Of a DNA stretch of 64,000 nt, positions 8,656 to 16,887 are shown piece by piece. The position numbers and the translations under genes are program-made. Location: IMG/VR virus record IMGVR_UViG_3300037454_000146, positions 1-64,000 of that record. One strand, given 5' to 3'. The DNA is from a virus. Position 1 is the stretch's first letter. Each line of letters starts with the position of its first letter. The notes under the pieces are model-generated. The model was not told where the DNA came from, did no database searches, and saw only the letters and a list, made by a program, of their open reading frames with translations.

Positions 8656-11600
8656 CATCTATTTTTGCTATCATAAACACACGGATTATAGCCTGTTAGA
8701 TAGTTGTACCGATTACAAATCATATATAGATTATGAAGTAGAGTTAGGGCATAAAGCAACTGCCTTTACAGAACACGGCAAGCCTCTTGGTTGGGTAAAA
8801 AAGAAGCAGTATTGCGATGAAAAGGGCATCAAATATATTCACGGTGTTGAGTGCTATTTAACCGAGAGTCTTGAAAACAAGGTGAGAGACAACTTTCATA
8901 CCGTTCTACTGGCAAGAAATTTAGAGGGCGTAAAAGAAATCAACGCCCTTATTTCACAGTCAACAGATGATAAGCATTTTTATTATACAAACCGAGTATC
9001 ATTTGATGAGTTCTTTAACTTGTCAAATAATGTAATTAAGATTAGTGCTTGTTTGGCTTCGCCTTTAAATCAGTTGCCTCTCGACCACCCATTGTATGAA
9101 AGGTTAGCCAAAACTTATGACTATTTTGAAATACAATATCACGACTGTCAAGAGCAAAAAGATTACAATCTCTTATTGGATCGTCTTGCAAAAAAATATC
9201 ATAAGAAGCTAATAGCTGCGACTGACACCCATAGTCTTAATGCCTACAAAGCAGAGTGTCGCAAAATACTTCTTGTTTATAAAGGCAAAAGTTATGGCAA
9301 TGAGGACACTTTTGACCTAACATATAAGACACGTTCTGAATTAGAACAAACCTTTAAAAAACAGGGGGCTTTGCCCGAAGAAGTCTATTTGGATGCCATC
9401 GAAGAAACAAACAGACTTGCCGATATGATAGAGGATTTTCAGTTAGATACAAACCCAAAATATCCTATATTATATGGTAGCGAAGAAGAAGATAATCGCA
9501 AGTTTGTGGAGTGTGTCAATTATTGGTATCAAGATAAACTATCTAAGGGGATTATTCCGCAGTCTCAAAAGGCTCAGTTAGACGAAGCCATTAAAGAAGA
9601 AATGCGAGTATTTAACAAACTCAAGATGTGCGGTTTTATGCTTTCCATGTCCGAATTGATAACTTGGTGCAAACAGAATAATATTCCTACTGGCACAGGA
9701 CGAGGATCGGTTTGCGGTTCTGCAATAGCATATATCACAAATGTTACAGATGTCAACCCCGTGACATGGGAAACGGTGTTTTCACGATTCGCAAATGAGG
9801 ATAGACAGGAACTTGGCGATATTGATATCGACGTAATTGCAAGCGATAGACCGAGTATTTTTGAATATATAGTTGGCAGATTTGGTATTGCAAAGACAGC
9901 CCGTGTACCATCATACGGAACTATGGCAGATAAGGCGGTTATTGATGGAATATGTAATGCTCTTAATCAAATGTGGGAAGGCGAGAATAGTCCTTACACA
10001 TTGGCTGCGGCAAAGCAGATAAAGCAAGAGTATGAAACAAACCCTGATAAAGCACGAGAAAAATATCCTAAAGTGTTTTATTATTATGATGGATTAGCTG
10101 GCACTAAAATTTCGCAGTCTGTTCATCCCGCAGGAATGGTTATAAGTCCTATGACACTTTGTGACAACTATGGTGTCTTTCATAAAGATAATGATATGTG
10201 TTTAATGATTGACATGGACGAGTGCCACGATGTAGGTCTTGTAAAATACGACTTCCTTATTCTCAAAACATTGGGGGTAATATCTGATATATGCAAGATG
10301 GTGGGCAAGCCCTATCCGACAGCCGACAAGATTGATTGGAATGATTTGAATGTGTGGCAGGATTTAGCCAAAAATTCATCAACAATATTCCAGTTTGAGA
10401 CAGAGTATGCCTCTAAGATGTTGAGGGATTTTCAGCCTAAGTCCATCTTTGATATGTCTTTGGTGACGGCAAGTCTCAGACCGTCGGGAGCTTCTTACAG
10501 AAATGATCTTATACAACGTAAGGTTCACAAGAATCCATCAGAAATGATAGATAACCTTTTGGCTAATGACTACGGTTACCTCGTTTATCAGGAATCGATC
10601 ATTGCATTTCTACAGCAAATCTGCGGGCTTTCGGGAAGTGAATCCGATACCGTCAGACGAGGCATTGCCAAGAAGAAAATGGATATCCTTGAAAAGTGGT
10701 TACCCAAAATCCTTGACGGCTATTGCTCACGCTCAGATAAACCAAGAGAGATTGCAGAGAACGAAGCAAGGGAGTATTTAAAGGTAATCGAGGACGCAAG
10801 CTCATATATGTTTGGCAAAAACCACTCAATTGCGTATTGCATGATTGGTTATATTTGTGCATATTTCCGATACTATTATCCTGTTGAGTATATCACGGCT
10901 TATCTTAACAATGCTGCCAATGAAGAAGATATTGTCAATGGAACGGCTTTGGCTCGTGAATATGGGGTAAAGATAACTCCGCCGAGATTTGGCGAATCGT
11001 CTGCTAAGTACACGGCGCACCCTGAGAGTAAGACTATTTCTAAAGGCATAGAGTCAGTGAAATATTTAAACACGAGTATAAGTGAGAGCCTTTATGAAAT
11101 TAGTAATCAAGGATTTAACAACTTTCTTGATGTTCTGTATGCTATTCAAGGCATAGGAATAAATTCTCGTCAGCTTGAAATACTCATAAAGATAGATTAC
11201 TTTGCAAATTTAGGTAATATTCGAGAACTGTTAAAGATTGTAGAAATGTTTGACTTCTTTAAGGCAGGAGCGATTTCTCAAATAAAATGTGAGGTTGCTG
11301 ATACAATGTGGTGTTCCGATATTATCAAAAAATACTCTACTAATATTGGAAAGAACGGCAATGTGCTTAAAAAGTATTCCGTAAAAGACGGTAAGGCTAT
11401 CATAAAAGAGTGTTACGATGCCATTATGAACATAAACTTAAAGGACTTGAATAACAAGTTAAAAATGGCAGTTCAAAAAGATTACTTGGGTTATATAGAC
11501 CTCACGACAGGCAGAGAAGAAGATCGACGCAAGTTACTCATAGAGAACGTAGTACCTTTAAAGTCAAAAGAAACTGGCATTCCGTGGGGGTATGCTGTGT

Positions 11601-11761
11601 TTACAAAGTCAATTGGTTCTGGCAAATCATCAAGGCTTACAATAAAAGCAAAACTATTTGATGCTAACCCCGTACAAGCTCTCAATATAATATATGTGAA
11701 TGACTTCGCTAAAAACAAGGCTGGATATTGGTATTTGCTTGATTATAAAATTCTCGAATAA
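8648..11761 (+). CDS. dnaE: DNA polymerase III alpha subunit (DnaE-type)
   Basis: PHP domain start YHKHTDYSLLDS, GRGSVCGSAIAYITNVTDVNP finger motif, about 1037 aa. Confidence 0.9.
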   Translation: MSDIYFCYHKHTDYSLLDSCTDYKSYIDYEVELGHKATAFTEHGKPLGWVKKKQYCDEKGIKYIHGVECYLTESLENKVRDNFHTVLLARNLEGVKEINALISQSTDDKHFYYTNRVSFDEFFNLSNNVIKISACLASPLNQLPLDHPLYERLAKTYDYFEIQYHDCQEQKDYNLLLDRLAKKYHKKLIAATDTHSLNAYKAECRKILLVYKGKSYGNEDTFDLTYKTRSELEQTFKKQGALPEEVYLDAIEETNRLADMIEDFQLDTNPKYPILYGSEEEDNRKFVECVNYWYQDKLSKGIIPQSQKAQLDEAIKEEMRVFNKLKMCGFMLSMSELITWCKQNNIPTGTGRGSVCGSAIAYITNVTDVNPVTWETVFSRFANEDRQELGDIDIDVIASDRPSIFEYIVGRFGIAKTARVPSYGTMADKAVIDGICNALNQMWEGENSPYTLAAAKQIKQEYETNPDKAREKYPKVFYYYDGLAGTKISQSVHPAGMVISPMTLCDNYGVFHKDNDMCLMIDMDECHDVGLVKYDFLILKTLGVISDICKMVGKPYPTADKIDWNDLNVWQDLAKNSSTIFQFETEYASKMLRDFQPKSIFDMSLVTASLRPSGASYRNDLIQRKVHKNPSEMIDNLLANDYGYLVYQESIIAFLQQICGLSGSESDTVRRGIAKKKMDILEKWLPKILDGYCSRSDKPREIAENEAREYLKVIEDASSYMFGKNHSIAYCMIGYICAYFRYYYPVEYITAYLNNAANEEDIVNGTALAREYGVKITPPRFGESSAKYTAHPESKTISKGIESVKYLNTSISESLYEISNQGFNNFLDVLYAIQGIGINSRQLEILIKIDYFANLGNIRELLKIVEMFDFFKAGAISQIKCEVADTMWCSDIIKKYSTNIGKNGNVLKKYSVKDGKAIIKECYDAIMNINLKDLNNKLKMAVQKDYLGYIDLTTGREEDRRKLLIENVVPLKSKETGIPWGYAVFTKSIGSGKSSRLTIKAKLFDANPVQALNIIYVNDFAKNKAGYWYLLDYKILE

Positions 11762-11777
11762 AAATTTCAAAAAACTC

Positions 11778-11806
11778 TTGACAAAGCAAGAAGTTAGTGG
11801 TATAAT
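11778..11806 (+). promoter_or_regulatory. sigma-A type promoter P2 (TTGACA-17-TGgTATAAT)
   Basis: Same consensus as P1. Followed by an imperfect stem-loop leader (about 11811-11860) before the ligase gene. Confidence 0.7.
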
Positions 11807-11893
11807 ATAATTAGCAACGGGGAAGATACAGATTTGAACTGTGTCTTTCCATTGCTATACCTTTTCAAAATAACAAATGAAAGGAGAACTTAA

Positions 11894-12793
11894 ATGGTTA
11901 ATCATAAGAAGTTTATGGACATTGAAAGAATCAAGGAAGGAATTACAGGCGGATTTGAAGTTGGTGACGAAATCGTTATACAAGAAAAAATAGATGGGGC
12001 TAACGCAGCAATTCGCTATGACTTTGAGACAGATGCCATCGTTGCACAGAGCCGTAAAAATATCCTAAACATATCAAATAATCTTAGAGGCTTTTATGAG
12101 TGGACACAAACACTGGACAAAGAATTGGTTGCGTCTGGTCTTGGTGAGGATATTGTACTCTTTGGAGAGTGGCTTGTTCCACATACTGTAAAATACCCCG
12201 ACGAAAAATACAATCAGTTTTACGTATACGATGCTTACAACACCAAGTCAGAAGAATATCTTCCACAATGTACGGTTGAAGCTATTGCGGATGTTCTTAA
12301 CCTTAATTACATTCCTGTCTTTTACGGAGGAGAGTTTCAGTCTTGGGAGCATTGTTATTCATTCGTAGGTAAGACTGAAATGGGAGGCGAATACGGCGAA
12401 GGTATTGTGGTAAAAAATCAGACTAAACTTAATGATAAAAATTCTCGCACTCCATACTATCTCAAGATTGTGGGCGAAAAATTTCAGGAAGTCCATAAAT
12501 ACCATAAGAAAGTAATTGATCCTGAGAAACTAAAGGCTAATGAAGAAAACAAAGCCCTGTGCGAAACTATTGTTACAGAAGCAAGAGTAGTTAAGATACT
12601 TCACAAGCTGATTGACGAAGGTGTTCTTCCTGAGAATTGGGGTGCTTCCGAAATGCCTATTGTGGCTAAGAATCTTTGCAAGAGAGTATTTGAGGATTGT
12701 CAGAAGGAAGAACCAGAAACAACAGCCAAAATTGAAAATTTTGGCAAGGTAGCCAATTCGATTTGCATGACTATTGCAAGAAAATTTATATGA
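11894..12793 (+). CDS. ATP-dependent RNA ligase, Rnl2-like
   Basis: Nucleotidyltransferase motifs in T4 Rnl2 order: EKIDGAN (motif I lysine), LFGEW, FYVYD, EGIVVKN, YLKIVGEKF. Confidence 0.65.
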   Translation: MVNHKKFMDIERIKEGITGGFEVGDEIVIQEKIDGANAAIRYDFETDAIVAQSRKNILNISNNLRGFYEWTQTLDKELVASGLGEDIVLFGEWLVPHTVKYPDEKYNQFYVYDAYNTKSEEYLPQCTVEAIADVLNLNYIPVFYGGEFQSWEHCYSFVGKTEMGGEYGEGIVVKNQTKLNDKNSRTPYYLKIVGEKFQEVHKYHKKVIDPEKLKANEENKALCETIVTEARVVKILHKLIDEGVLPENWGASEMPIVAKNLCKRVFEDCQKEEPETTAKIENFGKVANSICMTIARKFI

Positions 12794-12810
12794 TAAAAGG
12801 AGTGTTTAAA

Positions 12811-13779
12811 GTGACATTAGCAGACGTTTGGCATAAGAAAATATCATGCATAATACATACTTCAACACAGGAAGAAGCTGATATGTTGTTTAAGGTTGTT
12901 GATAGTTATGACCATGACGGTACGACATGGGCTTCGTGGTGGAATACATACAAGGAAAAGACCTGTTATCGCACTGACTTAGGTGAAGTGATAGCCTATG
13001 GTTGCATGAACGATTATATTAAGAACGGAGAGGAAGTAATTGAGTTCTCGGATTTGGTTGCCACTGGCGGCTTTTGCGATGGTTTTAGAGGTGGCAAGAT
13101 ACCTACACCATCAAAGCCTGTACCAATAGAAGAACAGCTCGGACTTCTTAAAATTGAGTTTAAGAATGGCTCGTACATCAAAGCAATACCAAATGAAGAT
13201 GTAATTAGAAGCAAAGAACCGAATTTGGTATGGATTGATAAAATCGCATTACCGACAGCAACAGAAACAAAAGAAATGGTAGAGCGAGTTAGGCGAGAAA
13301 TTCTGGAATTTACAAACGCATTTCCAAAGGAGGAAAAGAAATTGAAATTTACATTTTATGTAACAGAAGGAACGAGAGTAGATAAGAGTTGCAACGGCAC
13401 TATCCCTACTATGACAACAACCGTTGAAGCTAACAACTATTCAAGAACAGCACCAGTAGGCACAGCAACTTGTGACAAGGCTAACTACGATATGAGACAG
13501 GGAGTTCTTGAGGCTCTTGCAAATATGTACTGCGATGGTGACTTTGACAAAGTTTACAACAAGGCTGTTAAGAGAAATGAGCTTGCCGATAAGAAGAAGC
13601 GCACTTGTAAGTATTGCGGCAAGGTATTTGATACTATAGAAGAACGTGAAGCAGAAGAAGCATGGCACGTTGAGCGCAAGAAGGCAAGGCGTGAGCGTTA
13701 TCTTCTCCGCAAGAGAGCAAAAGAGATTGCTTTCGAGGAACAGGCTCAGAAGATGGCAAAGGAAATGATTGAGAAGTGA
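12811..13779 (+). CDS. hypothetical protein (basic coiled-coil C-terminus, CxxC)
   Basis: GTG 12811 follows AAAGGAG. An alternative coupled ATG exists at 12790. No family recognised. Confidence 0.45.
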   Translation: MTLADVWHKKISCIIHTSTQEEADMLFKVVDSYDHDGTTWASWWNTYKEKTCYRTDLGEVIAYGCMNDYIKNGEEVIEFSDLVATGGFCDGFRGGKIPTPSKPVPIEEQLGLLKIEFKNGSYIKAIPNEDVIRSKEPNLVWIDKIALPTATETKEMVERVRREILEFTNAFPKEEKKLKFTFYVTEGTRVDKSCNGTIPTMTTTVEANNYSRTAPVGTATCDKANYDMRQGVLEALANMYCDGDFDKVYNKAVKRNELADKKKRTCKYCGKVFDTIEEREAEEAWHVERKKARRERYLLRKRAKEIAFEEQAQKMAKEMIEK

Positions 13780-14084
13780 TAGTCTTAATACTTTCCATTC
13801 TCGGCAGCGTATTCAGCTTGGGCGGTAATATTCTTATCGCCCATAAGAAACGCTCTGGCTGGTGGATATGGATATTAGGGAACATAGCGTGGTTGGGAGT
13901 AAACTTTCTCGGCACTATGAATATTCCTATGGTAGTAATGTATATGTTCTATCTTATCACAAATATTGCAGGGTATATTGAATGGGGTAGGAAGTCCGAT
14001 CTACACAAAGCCATTGATGAATGCAACGAGAAATTAAAGAATAAACCTAAGTTTGACTTTTCTGATGTAAAGACAAGACATTAA
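13776..14084 (+). CDS. 3-TM membrane protein resembling one half of PnuC (nicotinamide riboside transporter family)
   Basis: LGGNILIAHKKRSGWWIWILGNIAWL...MYMFYLITNIAGYIEWGRK resembles the PnuC repeat (..L.A.KK..NW..WI..N......Y..F...S.YGW..W), but only 102 aa. Confidence 0.45.
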   Translation: MIVLILSILGSVFSLGGNILIAHKKRSGWWIWILGNIAWLGVNFLGTMNIPMVVMYMFYLITNIAGYIEWGRKSDLHKAIDECNEKLKNKPKFDFSDVKTRH

Positions 14085-14293
14085 AGTTTGATTTTATTCG
14101 GCTTGTAAGGCGTTATTTCAATACTCAAATCGTCTGCCACTTTGTATTTATACAGCTTGTGAAGTTCACCATCGGCTGTAAATCCGCAGACGAAGTGGTT
14201 TTCAAGCCAATACTTGCCTTCCTCTATCGACAGAGGATAGCCTAAATCGTTCCACATTTGAATCATCTCTTTAAAGATGGGTTGCATTATCAT
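14081..14293 (-). CDS. hypothetical protein (lone minus-strand gene in the plus-strand arm)
   Basis: 70-aa ORF with AAAGGAGA RBS and ATG. Its stop overlaps the stop of ORF 13776..14084 convergently. Confidence 0.5.
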   Translation of the reverse strand: MIMQPIFKEMIQMWNDLGYPLSIEEGKYWLENHFVCGFTADGELHKLYKYKVADDLSIEITPYKPNKIKL

Positions 14294-14427
14294 TCTCCTT
14301 TCACTGGGAAATGCCTATTCTACGTTGCTAAATTGGCAATAAAATCAAACTTTCGCAACAGTTTGAGACTTGGCAGCAGACCATAGCAAGACTCAGAGGG
14401 GAGCTTGATGACAGAGTTGCGGAATCA

Positions 14428-15420
14428 ATGAGCGTTATCAGTAAGGCAATACAGGACTATCCGAGCCACAAGAAAGTAGTATTCACATCTACGGGCAAAG
14501 ACAGTATGGTAACTCTTGATTTAGTAAATCGTGTTTTACCTGATGCGGGAGTCTACTTCAATAACACTACGCTTGATACAGGCGATACCTATAAGATGGT
14601 AAAAGCCCACAAGGACTGGACAATTATTAATCCTGATGTTGGTTTCTATAAATACATTTTTAAGGAGCATTTTATTCCTACAAGATTTAGCCGTGGTTGC
14701 TGTACAGTATTCAAGGAAGGCAAGAGCATAGAATACTTTGATAGTGAACCACAGATGCTTTTCTTTATGGGTGTGAGAAATGATGAATCGGCTCAGAGGG
14801 CAGACCGACAGGACATATCGCACAATCCAAAGTGGGGAGATCGTGATTGGTTTAGTTGCTTGCCTATAAGAAAGTGGAGTGAGCTTGACATATGGCTCTA
14901 TATTCTTAAAAACGGCATTGAAATAAATCCTAAATACCGTAAGGGATATAGTAGAGTTGGGTGTTCAGTGGCTTGCCCGTATTACACCAAGTACACTTGG
15001 GTATTAGATAAGTATTGGTATCGCATGGCGTATGACCGATGGCGCAGCATCCTGCGCAAAGTCTTTGCGCAGGAGAATCGCTGGACTAAGCTGAATTGCA
15101 CTATAGACGAATATGTAAACGGAGCTTGGAATGGTGGTTTACTTAGACCAGAACCAACAGAAGAAGTTGTGACAGAGTTTATGGAGCACAAAGGACTTGA
15201 CAACTATGATACGGCTTTGCAATACTTCAACAAGACTTGCGAAGTGTGCGGTAGGAACGTAAGACAGAATGATGTGCTTGCAATGAATCTGAAACTTCTC
15301 GGCAGAGGAACAAGCAAGATTTACTGCAAGAAGCATCTGAAAGAACTTTGTTGCTTAGATAATGAGGCATGGGATAATGCAGTAGCAGACTTTAAGAGGC
15401 AAGGCTGTGCTTTGTTTTAA
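14428..15420 (+). CDS. PAPS reductase-like PP-loop ATP pyrophosphatase family protein
   Basis: VVFTSTGKDSMVTLDL (SGGKDS-type PP-loop), FMGVRNDES, C-terminal Cys pairs (CEVCGR...YCKKH). Weak RBS at this ATG (see findings). Confidence 0.65.
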   Translation: MSVISKAIQDYPSHKKVVFTSTGKDSMVTLDLVNRVLPDAGVYFNNTTLDTGDTYKMVKAHKDWTIINPDVGFYKYIFKEHFIPTRFSRGCCTVFKEGKSIEYFDSEPQMLFFMGVRNDESAQRADRQDISHNPKWGDRDWFSCLPIRKWSELDIWLYILKNGIEINPKYRKGYSRVGCSVACPYYTKYTWVLDKYWYRMAYDRWRSILRKVFAQENRWTKLNCTIDEYVNGAWNGGLLRPEPTEEVVTEFMEHKGLDNYDTALQYFNKTCEVCGRNVRQNDVLAMNLKLLGRGTSKIYCKKHLKELCCLDNEAWDNAVADFKRQGCALF

Positions 15421-15488
15421 ATTTACAAGACAACAAATTAGCGGTAATGATTAACCAAATAAAAGTTGAGTTTTAAGGAGGAATAATA

Positions 15489-16415
15489 GTGAGTATTAAA
15501 GGCTACAAAGTGTTCAACCCTGACTGGACTTGCAGAGGTTTTCAGTATGAGGTTGGCAAGACTTTCAAACATGATGGCAACATCGAGATGTGCGGTGCAG
15601 GATTCCACTTCTGCCAGAAAGTCTCTGATTGCTTCAATTATTATGGCTTCGACAGCAACAATAAAGTTGCAGAAGTCGAAGCTATCGGTAATGTTGAGAC
15701 TGAAGGTGATAAATCCGTTACAGATGAAATCGTAATTTTAAGGGAGCTTACTTGGCACGAGGTTCTTGATTTAGCCAATACAGGAAAGGACTGTACGGGT
15801 AATCGCAACAGCGGTAATTGGAACAGCGGTAATCGCAACAGCGGTGATTGCAACAGCGGTAATCGCAACAGCGGTGATTGGAACAGCGGTGATTGCAACA
15901 GCGGTAATTGGAACAGCGGTAATCGCAACAGCGGTAATCGCAACAGCGGTAATTGGAACAGCGGTAATCGCAACAGCGGTAATTGCAACAGCGGTAATTG
16001 GAACAGCGGTAATCGCAACAGCGGTAATTGGAACAGCGGTAATCGCAACAGCGGTAATTGGAACTCAGCAAATTTCTCTACCGGCTTTTTTAATTCAATT
16101 GAGCAACCGTTATATGCTTTCAACAAGCCATTAGATATTGACAGAAATGCTTTTAACAGTAACTTAGCTGTAAAAGCTATGAATTGGAAGTATGAGAACG
16201 ACTGGTGGATTTACAGTGAGAATATGACGGAGGAAGAAAAAGAAGCACATCCTGAACACGAAACAACTGGTGGTTATCTCAAATCGGTTGATTTCAAAAC
16301 AGCTTGTGGTATTATGTGGGATAATATGACAGAAGATGAAAGAGTTGCAGTCAAGGATATTCCTAATTTTGATGCAAGTGTGTTTGAGGAAATTACTGGT
16401 ATCAAGGTTGTTTGA
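15489..16415 (+). CDS. pentapeptide-type repeat protein (N-terminal YKVFNPDWTCRGFQYEVGKT domain + 18 x NSG[ND][WRC] repeats)
   Basis: GTG start after AAGGAGG. The repeat block is translated in frame. Confidence 0.7.
   Translation: MSIKGYKVFNPDWTCRGFQYEVGKTFKHDGNIEMCGAGFHFCQKVSDCFNYYGFDSNNKVAEVEAIGNVETEGDKSVTDEIVILRELTWHEVLDLANTGKDCTGNRNSGNWNSGNRNSGDCNSGNRNSGDWNSGDCNSGNWNSGNRNSGNRNSGNWNSGNRNSGNCNSGNWNSGNRNSGNWNSGNRNSGNWNSANFSTGFFNSIEQPLYAFNKPLDIDRNAFNSNLAVKAMNWKYENDWWIYSENMTEEEKEAHPEHETTGGYLKSVDFKTACGIMWDNMTEDERVAVKDIPNFDASVFEEITGIKVV
15798..16067 (+). repeat. 18 tandem copies of a 15-bp unit (GGTRATYGSAACAGC)
   Basis: Exactly 270 nt = 18 x 15, counted by eye. Variants are GGTAATCGCAACAGC, GGTAATTGGAACAGC and GGTGATTGCAACAGC. 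Lies inside CDS 15489..16415. Confidence 0.9.
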
Positions 16416-16443
16416 AAGACGAATTTTAAGAGAGGCGAAACGA

Positions 16444-16680
16444 ATGAGATTGATAGATGCTGATGCGCTTGACTATGAACTCGGTGCAAGTGACAGAGAT
16501 ATTTATGCAAAGGCTTGCTTAGATGAAGCTCCTACTGTAGAAATCATTTCTTCCGATACAAGAAGTGAGATAATCAATTACCTCTATGAGTTCAACGCAA
16601 GAGCTGATATTAAAATTGAAAGTCTCGTAGATGATGTAATTGCGATAATAGAGCATAACTTAGAAAATGATAAGGGTTAA
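16444..16680 (+). CDS. hypothetical protein
   Basis: ATG 16444 (MRLIDADALDYE...) after AGAGAGG. The upstream part of the tracked ORF overlaps the previous gene. Confidence 0.5.
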   Translation: MRLIDADALDYELGASDRDIYAKACLDEAPTVEIISSDTRSEIINYLYEFNARADIKIESLVDDVIAIIEHNLENDKG

Positions 16681-16739
16681 AACATGCCTTTTATTGCCTT
16701 GACAAAGCAAGAAATTAAAGATAAGGAGGAATGAGATGA

Positions 16740-16883
16740 ATGACATGGATACTTGAACAACTGTTAGCTTGTATGATTATACTTGCTATTTGTGGTGCAT
16801 CGTTTACAATCTATTGCGTTATAGGGCATTTGATACAGAAAGCAGTAAACCGTAAAAACCCAAAACTGCGAAATAAGGAGTGA
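16740..16883 (+). CDS. small single-TM peptide (47 aa)
   Basis: MTWILEQLLACMIILAICGASFTIYCVIGHLIQKAVNRKNPKLRNKE, preceded by AAGGAGGA. Below the track cutoff. Confidence 0.4.
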   Translation: MTWILEQLLACMIILAICGASFTIYCVIGHLIQKAVNRKNPKLRNKE

Positions 16884-16887
16884 GAGA

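Noticed and set aside
15798-16067. Possible CRISPR array or non-coding satellite.
   Set aside because: The units are 15 bp and contiguous, with no spacers. The period is a multiple of 3, and the array lies in frame inside a CDS.
15641-16134. Three extra long ORFs (15641..16126 minus, 15748..16071 minus, 15844..16134 plus) overlapping the repeat protein.
   Set aside because: They exist only because the 15-bp tandem repeat lacks stop codons in several frames. They have no RBS and monotonous LPLFQ / CCDYR / AVIAT translations. The frame with an AAGGAGG RBS and flanking globular domains is the real one.
16699-16727. Seventh copy of the promoter family.
   Set aside because: CTTGACAAAGCAAGAA is identical to the first 16 nt of P2. 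However, the -10 position reads TAAGGA, which is actually the RBS of the next micro-ORF. Probably a decayed or partial copy, not called as a promoter.
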